Shown here piece after piece: positions 13,101-26,900 of a DNA stretch of 64,000 nucleotides. Position 1 is the stretch's first letter. Each line of letters starts with the position of its first letter. The stretch is taken from assembly GCF_009914755.1 (NCBI RefSeq), contig NC_060937.1. One strand, given 5' to 3'. The position numbers were made by a program, and so were the translations under genes. The stretch is from the human T2T-CHM13v2.0 reference genome, Homo sapiens. The notes below the pieces were generated by a model. It was not told where the DNA came from and did no database searches. It saw only the letters and a list, made by a program, of their open reading frames with translations.

Positions 13101-14950
13101 TTTCGCAGAATGCTTCTGTCTAGTTTTTCTGTGAAAATATTGCCTTTACTACCATAGGACACAATCGCTCCAAATATCTACTTTCAGATTCTACAAAAAG
13201 GGTGTTTCAATACTGCTCGATGAAAGGAAAGATTCAACCTGGTGAGATGAACGCACACATCACAAAGAAGTTTCTCAGAAGGCTTCTGTCTAGTTTTTAT
13301 GTGAAGATATTTCCTTTTACACCATAGGCCACAATTCGCTCCAAATATCCACTTGCAGATTCATCAAAAAGACTGTTTCAAAACCCTCAATCAAAAGAAA
13401 GTTTCAACACTGTGAGATGAATGCACACATCACAAAGAAGTTTCTCAGAGTGCTTCTGTCTAGTTTTTATGTGAAGATATTTCCTTTTCCACCAGAGACC
13501 ACAAATCGCTCCAAAAACCCACTTGCATATACAACAAAAAGAGTGTTTCAAAACTGCTCAATCAAAAGAAAGGTTCAACTCTGTGAGATGAAGGCACTTA
13601 TCACAGAGAAGTTTCTCAGAATGCTTCTGTCTAGTTTATATGTGAAGATATTTCCTTTTCCACGATAGACCTCAAACCGCTTCAAATATCCATTTACAGA
13701 TACTACAAAAAGAGTGTTTCAAAACTGTTCAATCAAAAGAAAGGTTCAAATCTGTGAGTTGAATGCACAGATTGCCAAAAATTTCTCAGAATGCTTCTGT
13801 CTAGTTTTTATGTGAAGATAGTTCCTTTTCCACAATAGGCCCCAAAACGCTCCAAATATCCCCTTGCAGATACTACAAAAAGATGCTTTAAAAACTGCTC
13901 AATCTTCTTAATCCAGTCTATATACACCATGGAATACTATGAAGCCATAAAAAGTGATGAGTTCATAACCTTTTTAGGGACATGGATGAAATTGGAAGTC
14001 ATCATTCTCAGTAAACTATCGCAAGAACAAAAAACCAAACACCGCATATTCTCACTCATAGGTGGGAATTGAACAATGAGATCACATGGACACAGGAAGG
14101 GAACATCACACTCTGGGGACTGTTGTGGGGTGGGAGGAGGGGGGAGGGATAGCATTGGGATATATACCTAATGCTAGATGACAAGTTAGTGGGTGCAGCA
14201 CACCAGCATGGCACATGTATACATATGTAACTAACCTGCACAATGTGCACATGTACCCTAAAACTTAAAGTATAATAATAATAATAATAACTGCTCAATC
14301 AAAAGAAATGTTCAACTTTTTGAGATGAACACACACATCACAAAGAAGTTTCTCAGCATGCTTCTATTTTTTATGTGAAGATATTTCCTTTTCCAAAATA
14401 GGCCAGAAAGGTCTGCAAATATCCACTTGCAGATTTTACAAAAAGAGAGAATCAAAACTTCTCAATCAAAAGATAGGTTCAGCTGTGTGAGTCTAATGCA
14501 GACATCACAAAAAAGTTTCTGAGAATGCTTCTGTGTAGTTTTTATGTGAAGATATTTCCTTTTCCACCATAGGCCTCAAAGCGCTCCAAATATCCACTTG
14601 CAGATTCTACAAAAGAGTGTGTCCAAACTGGTCAATCAAAAGAAAGGATCAACTCTCTGAGATGAATGCACACATCACAAAGAAGTTTCTCAGAATGCTT
14701 CTGTCTAGTTTTTATGTGAAGATATTTTCTTTTCCACAACAGGCCACAAAGCATTCTAAATATCCACTTGCAGATTCTACAAAAAGACGGTTTCAAAACT
14801 GCTCAATCAAAAGAAAGGTTCAACTCTGTGAGATGAATGTACACATTACAAAGACGTTTCTCAGAATGCTTCTTCATAGTTTTTATGTGAGGATATTTCC
14901 TTTTCCACCATAGGTCTAAATGTGCTCCAAATATCCACTTGCAGATTCTA
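10161..14950 (-). repeat. Alpha satellite, monomeric layer A (reverse of the conventional orientation)
   Basis: ~171-bp units gatgaatgcacacatcacaaagaagtttctcagaatgcttctgtctag, with signature tgtCtag + aaatAtccac. Confidence 0.95.
13905..14288 (+). mobile_element. L1PA2-like 3' end, heavily truncated, with ~16-bp 5' inversion
   Basis: gagatcacatggacac, gctagatgacaagttagtggg, ctgcacaatgtgcac and an (AAT)n tail. TSD aactgctcaatc at 13893-13904 and 14289-14300. Confidence 0.93.
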
Positions 14951-17900
14951 CAAAAAGAGTGATTAAAAACTGCTCAATCAAAGGATAGATTCAACTCGGT
15001 GAGATGAATGCACACATCCCAAATAAGTTTCTCAGAATGCTTCTGTGTAGTTTCTATGTGAAGATATTTCCTTTTCCACCAAAGATCTCAAAGCGCTAAA
15101 AATATCCCCTTGGAGATTCTACAAAAAGAATGTTTCCAAACTGCTCAATAAAAAGAAAGGTTCAACTCTGTGTGATGAATGCACACGTCACAAAGTAGTT
15201 TCTCACAATGCTTCTTTGTAGTTTTTATGTGAAGATATTTCCTTTTCCACAATAGGCCTCAAAGTGCTCGAAACATTGACTTGCACATTCTACAAAACGA
15301 GTGTTTCAAAACTGCTCAATCAAAAGAAAGGTTCAGCTTTGTGAGATGAATGCACACAACACAAAGAAGTTTCTCAGAATTATTTTGTGTGGTTTTTATG
15401 TGAAGATATTTCCTTTTTCACACTTGGCCACACAACGCACCAAATATCCACTTACAGAATCTGCAAAGACAGAGTTTCAAAACTGCTCTATAAAAAGATA
15501 GGCTCAACCCGGTGACTTGAATGCACACATCTCAAAGAGGTGTCTCAGAATGCTTCTGCGTACTTTTTGTAAAGATATTTCCTTTTACACCATTCACCAC
15601 AAAGTGCTCCAAACATCCACCTGCAGATGTTACAAAAAGAGTGTTTCCAAACTGATCAATGAAAAGAAAGGTTCAACTCTATGAGACGAATTCACACATC
15701 ATGAAGAAGTTTCTCACAATACTTTTGTGTAGTTTTTATGTGAAGATATTTCCTTTTCCAAAATAGGCCTTAAAGGACTCCAAATATCCCCTTGCAGATT
15801 CTACAAAAAGGGCGTTTCAAAAGTGCTCAATCAAAAGAGAGGTTCAACTCTTTGAGGGGAATGCACGCATAGCAAAGAAGTTTCTCAGAATGCTTCTGTG
15901 TAGTTTTTATGTGAAGATATTTCCTTTTCCACAGTAGGCCTCAAAGGGCTACAAATATACACTTGCAGATTCTACAAAAAGAGTGTTTCAAAACTGTTCA
16001 ATCAAAAGAAAGGTTCAAGTCTGTGAGTTGAATGCACACATCATAAAGAAGTTTCTCAGAATGCTTATGTGCAGTTTTTATGTGAAGATATTTCCTTTTC
16101 CACAATTTGCCTCAAAGCACTCCAAATATCCACCTGCAGATTCTGTAAAGATTGTTTCCAAACTGCTCAAAGAAAAGAAAGGTTCAACTTCGTGAGATTA
16201 ATGCACTCATCACAAAGTAGTTTATCAGAATGCTTCTGTGTCATTTTTATGTGAAGATATTTTCTTTTCCACAGTAGGCCTCAAAGTGTTTCAAATATCC
16301 ACTTGCTTATTCTATTAAAAGAGAGTTTCCAAACTGTTCAGTCTAAAGAAAGGTTCAACTCTGTGAGATGAATGTGCACATCACAAAGAAGTTTCTCAGA
16401 GTTCTTCTGTGTAGTTTTTATGTGAAGGTATTTCCTTTTACACAGTAGGCCACAAAGGGCTCCAAATATTCACCTGCAGATTCTCCAAAAAGAGAGTTTC
16501 TAAAATCCTCTACCAATAGATAGGTACAACTCTGTGAGTTGAATGCACACATCACAAAGAAGTTTCTCAGAATGCTTCTGTGTAGTTTTTATGTGAAGAT
16601 ATTTCAATTTCCACAATAGTCCTCAAAGCGCTCTAAATATCCACTTTTAGATTCTACTAAAGAGTGTTTTCAAACTGCTCAATCAAAAGAATGGTAAAAC
16701 ACTGTGAGATGAATGCAAAAATCACAAAGAAGTTTCTCAGAATGCTTCTGTGTAGTTTTCATATGAAGATATTTCCTTTTCCACAATGGGCCTCAAAGCG
16801 CTCTGTGAGATGAATGCACACGTCACAAGACATTTCCCAGAATGATTCTGTGTACTTTTCCTGTGAAGATACTTCCTTTTCCACAATAGTCCTCAAAGCT
16901 TTCCAAATATCCACTTGCAGATTCTACAAAAAGTGTGTTTCAAAAGTGCTCAATCAAAAGAAATGTTCTACTCTGTGAGATGAATGCAACATCACCAAGA
17001 AGTTTCTCAGAATGCTTCCGTGTAGTTTTTATGTGAAGATATTTCCTTTTACACCATAGACCTCAAATCGCTCCAACTATCCACTTGCAGATTCTACAAA
17101 AAGAGTGTTTCCAAACTGCTCAATCAAAAGAAAACTTCAACTCTGTGGGATGAGTAAACACCTCGCAAAGAAGTTTCACAGAATGATTCTGTGTAGTTTT
17201 TATGTGAAGATATTTCCTTTTCCACAATAGGCCTCAAAGCACCCCTAATATCCACTTGCAGATTCTACAAAAAGAGTGTTTCAAAACTGCTCAATCAAAA
17301 AAAGTTTCAATTCTTTGAGTTGAAAGCATACATCACAAAGAAGTTTCTCAGAATGCTTCTGATTACTTTTTATGTGAAGATATTTCCTTTTCCACAATAG
17401 ACCTCAAAGGGCTCCAAATATCCACTTTCAGATTGTACTAGAAGAGTGTTTCAAAAATGCTCAATCAAAAGAAAGTTTCAACTTTGTGAGGTGAATGCAC
17501 ACATCACAAGAAATTTCTCAGAATGCTTCTGTGTAATTTTTATGTGAACATACTTCCCTTTCCACAATAGTCAACAAAGCCCTGCAAATATACACTTGCA
17601 CATTCTAGAAAAAGAGTGTTTCAAAACTGCTCAATCAAAAGAATGTTTCAACCCTGTGAGGTGAATGCACACATCACAAAGAAGTTTCTCAGAATGCTTC
17701 CGAGTAGTTTTTATGTGAAGATATTTCCTTTTCAACCGTAGGCCTAAAAGCACTCCAACTATTCACTTGCAGATTCTACAAAAAGAGTGTTTCCAAACTG
17801 CTCAATCAAAAGAAAACTTCAACTCCATGAGGTGAGTAAACACAATGCAAATAAGTTTCACAGAATGATTCTCCATAGTTTTTATGTGAAGATATTTCCT

Positions 17901-20900
17901 TTTCCACCACAAGCCGCAAATGTCTTTAAATATCCACTTCCAGGTTCTACAAAAAGAGATATTCAAAACTGCTTAATCAAAAGGTAGGTTCGACTCTGTG
18001 AGTTGAATGCATACATCACAAAGTAGTTTCTCAGAACGCTTCTGTGTAGTTTTTATGTGAAGATATTTCCTTTTACACCATAGGCCTCAAAGCGCTCCAA
18101 ATATCCACCTGGAGATTCCAAGAAAAGAGAAATTCAAAACTGCTTATCAAAAGATAGGTTCAACTCCGAGAGTTGAATGCACACATCACAAATAAGTTTC
18201 TAAGAATGCTTCTGTGTATTTTTTATGTGCAGAAATTACCTTTTCCTCAGTACACCTTACAGAGCTGCAAATATCTACCTGCAGATCGCACTAAAAGAGT
18301 ATTTCAAAACTGCACAATCAAAAGAAAGGTTCACCTCTGTGAAATGAATTCACACATCACAAAAAGTATCTCAGACTGTTCCTGTGTAGTTTTTATGTGA
18401 AGATACTTCCTTTTACACAATAGCTGTCAAACGCTCCAAATATCCACTAGAAGATTCTACAAAAAGAGTATTTCAAAACTGCTTAAACAAAAGAATGCTT
18501 CAACTCTGTCAGATGAATGCACACATCACAAAGAAGTTTCTCTGAATGCTTCTGTGTAGTTTTTATGTGAAGATATTTCCTTTTCCACTGTAGGCTGCAA
18601 AAGGCTCCAAATATCCACATGGAGATTCTACAAAAAGAATGTTTCCAAACTGGTCAATGAAAAGAAAGATACAACTCTGTGAGTTGAATGCACACATCAC
18701 AAAGAAGTTTCTCAGAATTCTACTGTGTAGTTTCTATGTGTAGATATTTTCTTTTCCACAAAAGGCCTCAAAGCGTTCCAATTATCCACTTGCAGATTCT
18801 ACAAAAAGATTGTTACAAAACTGCTCAATGAAAAGAACGGTTCAACTCAGTGGGAGGAATGCACACATCACAAAGAAGTTTCTCAGAATGTTTATGTGTA
18901 ATTTTTATGTGAAGATAGTTCCTTTTCCGCAATAGGCCTCAAAGCGCTCCAAATATCTACTTGCAGATTCTACAAAAAGTGTTTTTCAAAACTGCTCAAT
19001 CAAAGCAAAAGTTCAACTCTGAGATGAATGCCCACATCACAAAGAAGTTTCTCAGAATGCTTCTGTGTAGTTTTCATGTGAAGATAATTCGTTTTCCACA
19101 ATAGGCCTCAAAGCACCCCAAATATCCATTGCATATTCTACTAAAAGCATGTTATAAAACTGCTGAATCAAAAGAAAGGTTCAACTCTGTGAGATGAATG
19201 CACAAGTCAAAATAAAGTATCTCAGAATGATTCTGTGTAGTTTTTGATGAAGATACTTCCTTTTCCACAAAAGACCTTAAAGGGCTCCTAATATCCACTT
19301 GCAGATTCTACAAAAAGAGAGATTCAAAACTGCTCAATCAAAAGATAGGTTCAACTGTGTGAGTTGAATGCACACATCACAAAGAAGTTTCTCAGAATGC
19401 TTCTGTGCAGTTTTTATGTGAAGATACATGCTTTTCCACAGTAGGCCTCGAAGCACACCAAATATCCACTTGTAGATTCTACAAAAAGAGTGTTTCCAAA
19501 CTGCTCAATCAAAAGCAAGTTTCAACTCTGTGAGATGAATGCACATAACACAAAGTAGTTTCTCAGAATGCTTCTGTGTATTTTCTGTGTGAAGATATTT
19601 CCTTTTCCACAATAGGCCTCAAAGCCCCCCAAATATCCACTTGAAGATTCTACAAAAAGAGGGTTTTAAAACTGCTCAATCAAAAGAAAGTTTCAACTCT
19701 GTGAGATGTATGCACACATCACAAAAAAGTTTCTCAGAATCCTTCTGTGTAGTTTTTCTGTGAAGATATTTCCTTTTCCAGAATAGCCCTCAAGGCGCTC
19801 CAAATATCCACTTGAAGATTCTGCAAAAAGAGTATTTCAAAACTGCTTAATCAAAAGAATGCTTCAACTCCGTGTGATGAATGCACATATCACAAAGAAG
19901 TTTCTCAGAATGCTACTGTGTAGTTTTTACGTGAAGATATTTCCTTTTCCACCATAGGCTGCTACGTGGTCCAAATATCCACCTGCAGATTTTACAAAAG
20001 GAGAGTTTCAAAACTTCTCAATGAAAAGATAGGTTCAACTATGTGAGTTGAATGCACACATCACAAAGAAGTTTCCCAGAATGCTTCTGTGTAGTTTTTA
20101 TGTAAAGATATTTCCTTTCTCAAATAGGCCTCAAAGTCCTGTAAATATGCACTTCCGGATTCTACAAAAGAGTGTTTCAAAGCTGCTCAATCGAAGGAAA
20201 ATTTCAACTCTTTGTGATGTATGCACTCATCACAAAGTAGTTTCTGTGAATGCTTCTGTGTAGTTTTTATGTGAAGATATTTCCTTTTTCACAACTCCAA
20301 ATATCCACTTCCAGATTCTACAAAAAGAGAGTTTCAAAACTGCTCAATCAAGAGATAGGTTCAACCCTGTGAGTTGAATGCACACATCAGAAAAAAGTTT
20401 CTGAAAATGCTTCTGTGTAGTTTTTATGTGAAGGTATTTCCTTTTCCAACATAGGCCTCAAAGTGAACAAATTATCCACCTGAAGATTCTACAAAAAGTG
20501 TGTTTCCAAACTGTTCAATGAAAAGAAAGGTTCAACCCTGTGAGATGAATGCACACATCACAAGGAAGTTTCTCAGAATGGTTCTGTGTAGTTTTTATGT
20601 GAAGATGTTTCCCTTTACACGATAGGCCTCAAAGGGCTCCAAATATCCAGTTGAAGATTATACAAAAAGAGTGTGTCCAAACTGCTGAATCAAAAGAAAA
20701 GTTCAGCTCTGTGAGATAAAAGTACACATCACAAAGAAGTTTCTCAGAATGCTTCTGTGTAGTTTTTATGTGAAGATGTTTCCTTTTCCACCATAGGCCG
20801 CCAAGGTCTCCAAGTATCCACTTTCAGATTCTACAAAAAGAGAGATTCAAAAGTGCTCAATCAAAAGATAGATTCAAAACTGTGAGTTAAATGCACACAT

Positions 20901-23900
20901 AACAATGAAGTTTCTCAGAATACTTCTGTGTAGTTTTTATGTGAAGATATTTCCTTTTACACAATACGCCTCAAAGCACTAAAAATATCCACTTGCAGAT
21001 TCTACAAAAATAGTGTTTTAAAACTGCTCAATCAAAAGAAAGTTTCAACTCTGTGAGGTGAATGCCCACATCACAAAGAAGTTTCTTAGATTGTTTATGT
21101 GTAGTTTTTATGTGAAGATATTTACTTTTCCACTGTCGGCCTCAAAGTGCTCCAAATATCAACTTATAGACTCGCAAAAACAGTGTTTCAAAACCGCTTA
21201 ATGAAAAACTAGGTTCATCTCTGTGAGATGAAGGCACACATCACAAAGAAGTTTCTCAGAATGCTTCTGTGTAGTTTTTATGGGAAGATAATTCCTGTTC
21301 CAAAATAGGCCTCAAAGCCCTCCAGATATCCACTTGCAGACTCTACAAAAAGTGTGTTTCATAACTGTTCAGTCAAAGAAATTTTCAACTCTGTGTGTTG
21401 AATGGACTCATCACAAAGTAGTTTCTCAGAATGCTTCTGTGTAGTTTTTTTGGGAAGATATTTCCTTTATCACAAGAGGCCACAAAGGGCTCCTAATATC
21501 CACTTGCAGATTCTACAAAAAGAGAGATTCAAAACTGCTCAATCAAAAGATAGGTTCAGCTCTGTGTGATTAATGCACTCATCACAAAGAAGTTTCTCAG
21601 AATGCTTCTGTGCAGTTTTTATGTGAAGATACATGCTTTTCCACAATAGTCCTCAAAGTGCTCCAAATTTCCACTTGCAGATTTTATAAAAAGATTGTTT
21701 CAAAAGTGCTCAATCATAAGATAGGTTCAACTCTGTAAGATGAATGCACACATCAAAAAGAAGTTTCTCAGAATGCTTCTATGTAGTTTTTACTTGAAGA
21801 TATTTCCTTTTCCACCTTATGCTGTAAAGGGCTCCAAATATCCACTTGTAGATTCTTCAAAAAGAGAGATTCAAAACTGCTCAATCAAAAGATAGATTTA
21901 ACTACGTGAGTTGAATGCACATATCTTAAAGATGTGTCTCAGAATGCTTCTGTCAGAAAGCTTCTGTGCAGTTTTTATTGGAAGATATTTCCTTTTCCTC
22001 TATAGGCTGCGAAGGGCTACATATATCCACTTGCAGATTCTACAAACAGAGAGATTCAAAACTGCTCAATCAAAAGATAGGTTCAACCTTGTGAGTTGAA
22101 TGCACACATCACAAAGTAGTTTCTCAGAATGCTTCTGTGTATTTTTTATGTGAAGATATTTACTTTTCCACAATAGGCCTCAAAGAGCTCCAAATATCCA
22201 CTTGTAGATACACAAAAAGAGTGTTTCAAAACTTCTCAATCAAAGGAAAGGTTCAACTCTTTGAGATGAATGCGCCCATCACAAAGAAGTTTCTCAGAAT
22301 GCCTCTGTGTAGTTTTTATTTGAAGATATTTGCTTTTCCGCAGTAGGCCTCAAAGCACTCCAAATATCCAGTTGCAGATTCTACAAAAATAGTGTTTCAA
22401 AAGTGCTCAATCAAACAAAAGTTCAACTCTGTGAGATGAATGCACACATCACAAAGAAGTTTCTGAGAATGCTTCTGTGTAGTTTTTATATGAAGATATT
22501 TCCTTTTCCACAATAAACCTCAAAGTGCTCCAAATATCCACTTGCAGATTCTACAAAGAGAGTGTTTCAAAACTGCTCAATCATAAGATAGGTTCCACAC
22601 AGTGAGATGAATGCACAAATAACAAAGAAGTTTCTCAGAATGCATCTGTGTTGTTTTTATTTTTAGATGTTTCCTTTTACTGCATAGGCTGCAAAGGGCT
22701 CAAAATATCCACCTGCAGATTCTACAAAAAGAGAGATTCAAAACTGCTCCATCAAAAGAAAGGCTCAACTCTGTGAGATGAATGCACACATCACAAAGAA
22801 GTTTCTCAGAATGCTTCTGTGTAGTTTTCATGTGAAGATATTGCTTTTCCACAGTAGCCCTCAAACCGCTCCAAATATCCACTTGCAGATTCTTCAAAAG
22901 CAGTGTTTCAAAACAGCTCAATCAAAATAAACGTTCAACTCTGTGAAATGAATGCACTCATCACAAAGAAGTTTCTCAGAATTCTTCTGTGCAGTTTTTA
23001 TGTGAAATTATTTCCTTTTCCACCACAGGCTGCAAAGGGCTCCAAATATCCACTTGCAGATTCTACAATAAGAGAGATTGAAAACTGCACAATCAAAAGA
23101 TAGGTTCAACTCTCCTAGTTGAATGCACACAGCACAAAGAATTTTCTCAGAATGCTTCTGTGTAGTTTTCTTTGGAAGATATTTCCTTTTCCACCATAGG
23201 ACCCAAACTCTCTAAATATCCACTAGCAGATTCTACAAAAAGAGTGTTTCCAAACTGCTCAGTCAAAAGAAAGGTTCAACTCTGTGAGATGAATGCAAAC
23301 ATCGCCTAGAAGTTTCTCAGAATGCTTCTGTGTAGTTTTTATGTAAAGATATTTTCTTTTCCTAAATAGTCCTCAAAGCACCGCAAATATCCACTTGCAG
23401 ATTCTACAAAAAGAATGTTCCAAAGCTGCTCAATCAAAAGAAAGGTTCAATTCTGTGAGATGAATTCACACATCACAAAGCAGTTTCTCAGAATGCTTCT
23501 GTGTAGTTTTTATATGAAGATACTTGTTTTTCCACAGTAGACCTCCAAGCGCTCAAAATATCCACTTGCAGATTCTACAAAAACAGTGTTTCATAACTGC
23601 TAAATTGAAAGAAATGTTCAACTATTTGAGATGAATGTACACATCACAAAGGAGTTTCTCAGAATGCTTCTGTGTAATTTTTATGTGAAGATATTTCCTT
23701 TTCCACAATAGGCCACAAAGCGCTCAAAATATCCATGTGCTGATTCTACAAAAACAGAGTTTCAAAACTGCTCAATCATAAGATAGGTTCAACTCTGTGA
23801 GATGAATGCTGACATAACAAAGATGTTTCTCAGAATGTTTCTGTGTAGTTTTTATTTGAAGATATTTCCTTTTCCAAAATAGGCAGCAAAGGGCTCCAAA

Positions 23901-26900
23901 TATCCACTTGCAGATTCTGCAAAAAGAGAAATTCAAAACTCCTCAATCAAAAAACAGGTTCAACTCTGTGAGTTGAATGCACACATCACAAATACGTTTC
24001 TCAGAATGCTTCTGTGTAGTTCTTATGTGAAGATATTTCCTTTTACACAGGAGACCTCAAAGGCCTCCACATATCCACTTGCAGATTCTACAAAAAGTGT
24101 GTTGCAAAACTGCTCAATCAAAAGAAAGGTTCAACTCTGTGAGATGAATGCACACATCGAAAAGAAGATTCTCAGAATGCTTCTTTGTAGTTTTTACGTG
24201 AAGATATTTGCTTTTCCACAGTAGGCCTCAAAATACTCCAAATATCCAATTGCAGATTCTACAAAGAGAGTGTTTCCAAACTGCTAAATCATAAGATAGG
24301 TTCAACTCTGTGAGATGAATGCACACATCACAAAGAAGTTTCTCAGAATGCTTCTGTGGAGTTTTTATGTGAAGATATTTCCCTTTACACAATGGGCTTC
24401 AAAGTGCTCCAAATATCCACTTGCAGATTCAACAAAAAGAGTGTTTCAAAACTGCTCGGTCATAAGATAGGATAAATTCTATGAAATGAATGCATACATC
24501 ACAAACAAGTTTCTCAGAATGCTTCTGTGTAGTTTTTATTTGAAGATATTTCCTTTTCCACGCTAGGCTGCAAAGGGCTCCAGATATCCACTTGCAGATT
24601 CTAGAAACAGAGAGATTCAAAACTGCTCAATCAAAGGATAGGTTCAACTCCATAAGATGAATGCACACATCACAAAGAACTTTCTCAGAATGCTTTTGCA
24701 TAGTTTTTATGTGAAGATATTTCCTTTTCCACAATGGCATCAAAGCGCTCCATATATCCACTTGCAGATTCTACAAAAAGAGTTTTTCAAAACTGCACTG
24801 TCAAAAGAAAAGTTCAACTCTGTGAGATGAATGCCCACATCACTAAGAAGTTTCTCAGAAGGCTTCTGTGTATTTTTTATGTGAAGATATTTGCTTTTCC
24901 AAAGTAGACCCCAAAGTGCTCCAAATATGCACTTGCAGATTCTTCAACAAGACTGTTTCGAAACTGCTCAATCAAAAGAAGTGTTCAACTCTGTTTGATG
25001 AATGCACTCATCACAAAGATGTTTCTCAGAATGCTTCTGTGAAGTTTTTATGTGAAGATATTTCCTTTTCCACCATAGGCCACAAAGGGCTCAAAATATC
25101 CACTTGCAGATTTTACAGAAAGAGAGATTCAAAACTGCTCAATCAGAAGGTATGTTGAAATCTGTGAGACGAATGCACTCATCACAAAGAAGTTTCTCAG
25201 TATGCTTCTGTGTAGTTTTTATGTGAAGATATATCCTTTTCCACAAAAAGCCTCAAAACGCTCCAAATACCCACTTGCAGATTCTACAAAGGGAGTGTTT
25301 CAAAACAGCTAAATCATAAGATAGGTTCAATTCTGTGAGATGAATGCACACATCCCAAAGAAGTTTCTCAGAATGCTTCTGTGTAGTTTTTATGTGAAGA
25401 TATTTCCTTTTCCACAATAGGCTTGAAAGCGCTCCAATTATCCACTTTCAGATTCTACAAAAAGAATGTTTCAGAACTGATCAATCATAAGATAGGTTCA
25501 ACTCTGCGAGATGAATGCACACATCACAAAGATATTTATCAGAAGGATTCTGTGTAGTTTTTATCCGAAGATACTTGCTTTTCCACAGATGGCCTCAAAG
25601 CACTCCAAATATCCACTTGCAGATTCAATAAAAACAGTGTTTCAAAACTGCTGAATCAAAAGAAAGGTTCAACTCTGTGAGATGAATGCACGCATCACAA
25701 AGAAGTTTCTCAGAATGCTTCTGTGTAGTTTTTAATTGAAGGTATTTCCTTTTCCTCCATGGGCTGCAAAGGGCTCCAAATATCCACTTGCAGCTTCTAC
25801 AAAAAGAGAGATTCAAAACTGCTCAATCAAAAGATAAGTTCACCTCTGTGAGTCTAATGCACACATCACAAAGTAGTTTCTCAGAATGCTTCTGTGTAGT
25901 TTTTATGTGTAGATATTTCGTTTTCCACAATAGACCTCAAAGCTTTCCAAATATCCACTTGCAGATTCTACAAAAAGAGGGTTGCAAAACTGCTCATTCA
26001 ACGGAAATTTCAACTCTTTTAGATGAATGCACACATCACAAAGAAATTACTCAGAATGCTTCTGTGTAGTTTTTATGTGAAGATATTTGCTTTTCCATAG
26101 TAGGCCTCAAAGTGCTCCAATATCCACTTGTAGGTTTTACGAAAACAGTGTTTCAAAACTGTCCAATCAAAGGAAAGTATCAACTCTGTGAGATGAATGC
26201 ACACATCATGAAGAAGTTTCTCAGAATACTTCCATATAATTTTAATGTGAAGACATTTGCCTTTCCACCGGAGGCCTCAAAGCACTCCAAATATCCACTT
26301 GCAGATTCTACAAAGCGAATGTTTCAAATCTGCTCAATCATAAGATAGGTTCAACTCTGTGATATGAAGGCACACATCACGAAGAAGTTTCTCAGTATGC
26401 GTCTCTGTAGTGTTTACTAGAAGATATTTCCTTATCGTCCATAGGCCACAAAGTGCTCCAAATATCCACTTGCAGATTCTAGAAAAACAGAGATTCAAAG
26501 CTGCTCAATCAAAAGATAGGTTCAAGTCTGCGAGTTGAATGCACACATCACAAAGAAGTTTCTCAGAATGCTTCTGTGTAGTTTTTATGTGAAGATATTT
26601 CATTTTCCACAATAGGCCTCAAAGCACTCCAAATATCCACTTGCAGATTCTACAAAAAGAGTTTTCAAAACTTCTCAATCAAAACGAAAGTTCAACTCTG
26701 TGAGATGAATGCACACTTCACACAGAAGTTTCTCAAAATGCTTCTGCATAGTTTCTATTTGGAGATATTTCCTTTTCCAATGTAGGCCACAAAGGGCTCC
26801 AAATATCCACTTGCAGATTCTACAAAAAAAGTGTTTCAAAAGTGCACAATCAAAAGAAAGGTGCAACTCTGTGAGATGAATGCACACATCACAAAGAAGT

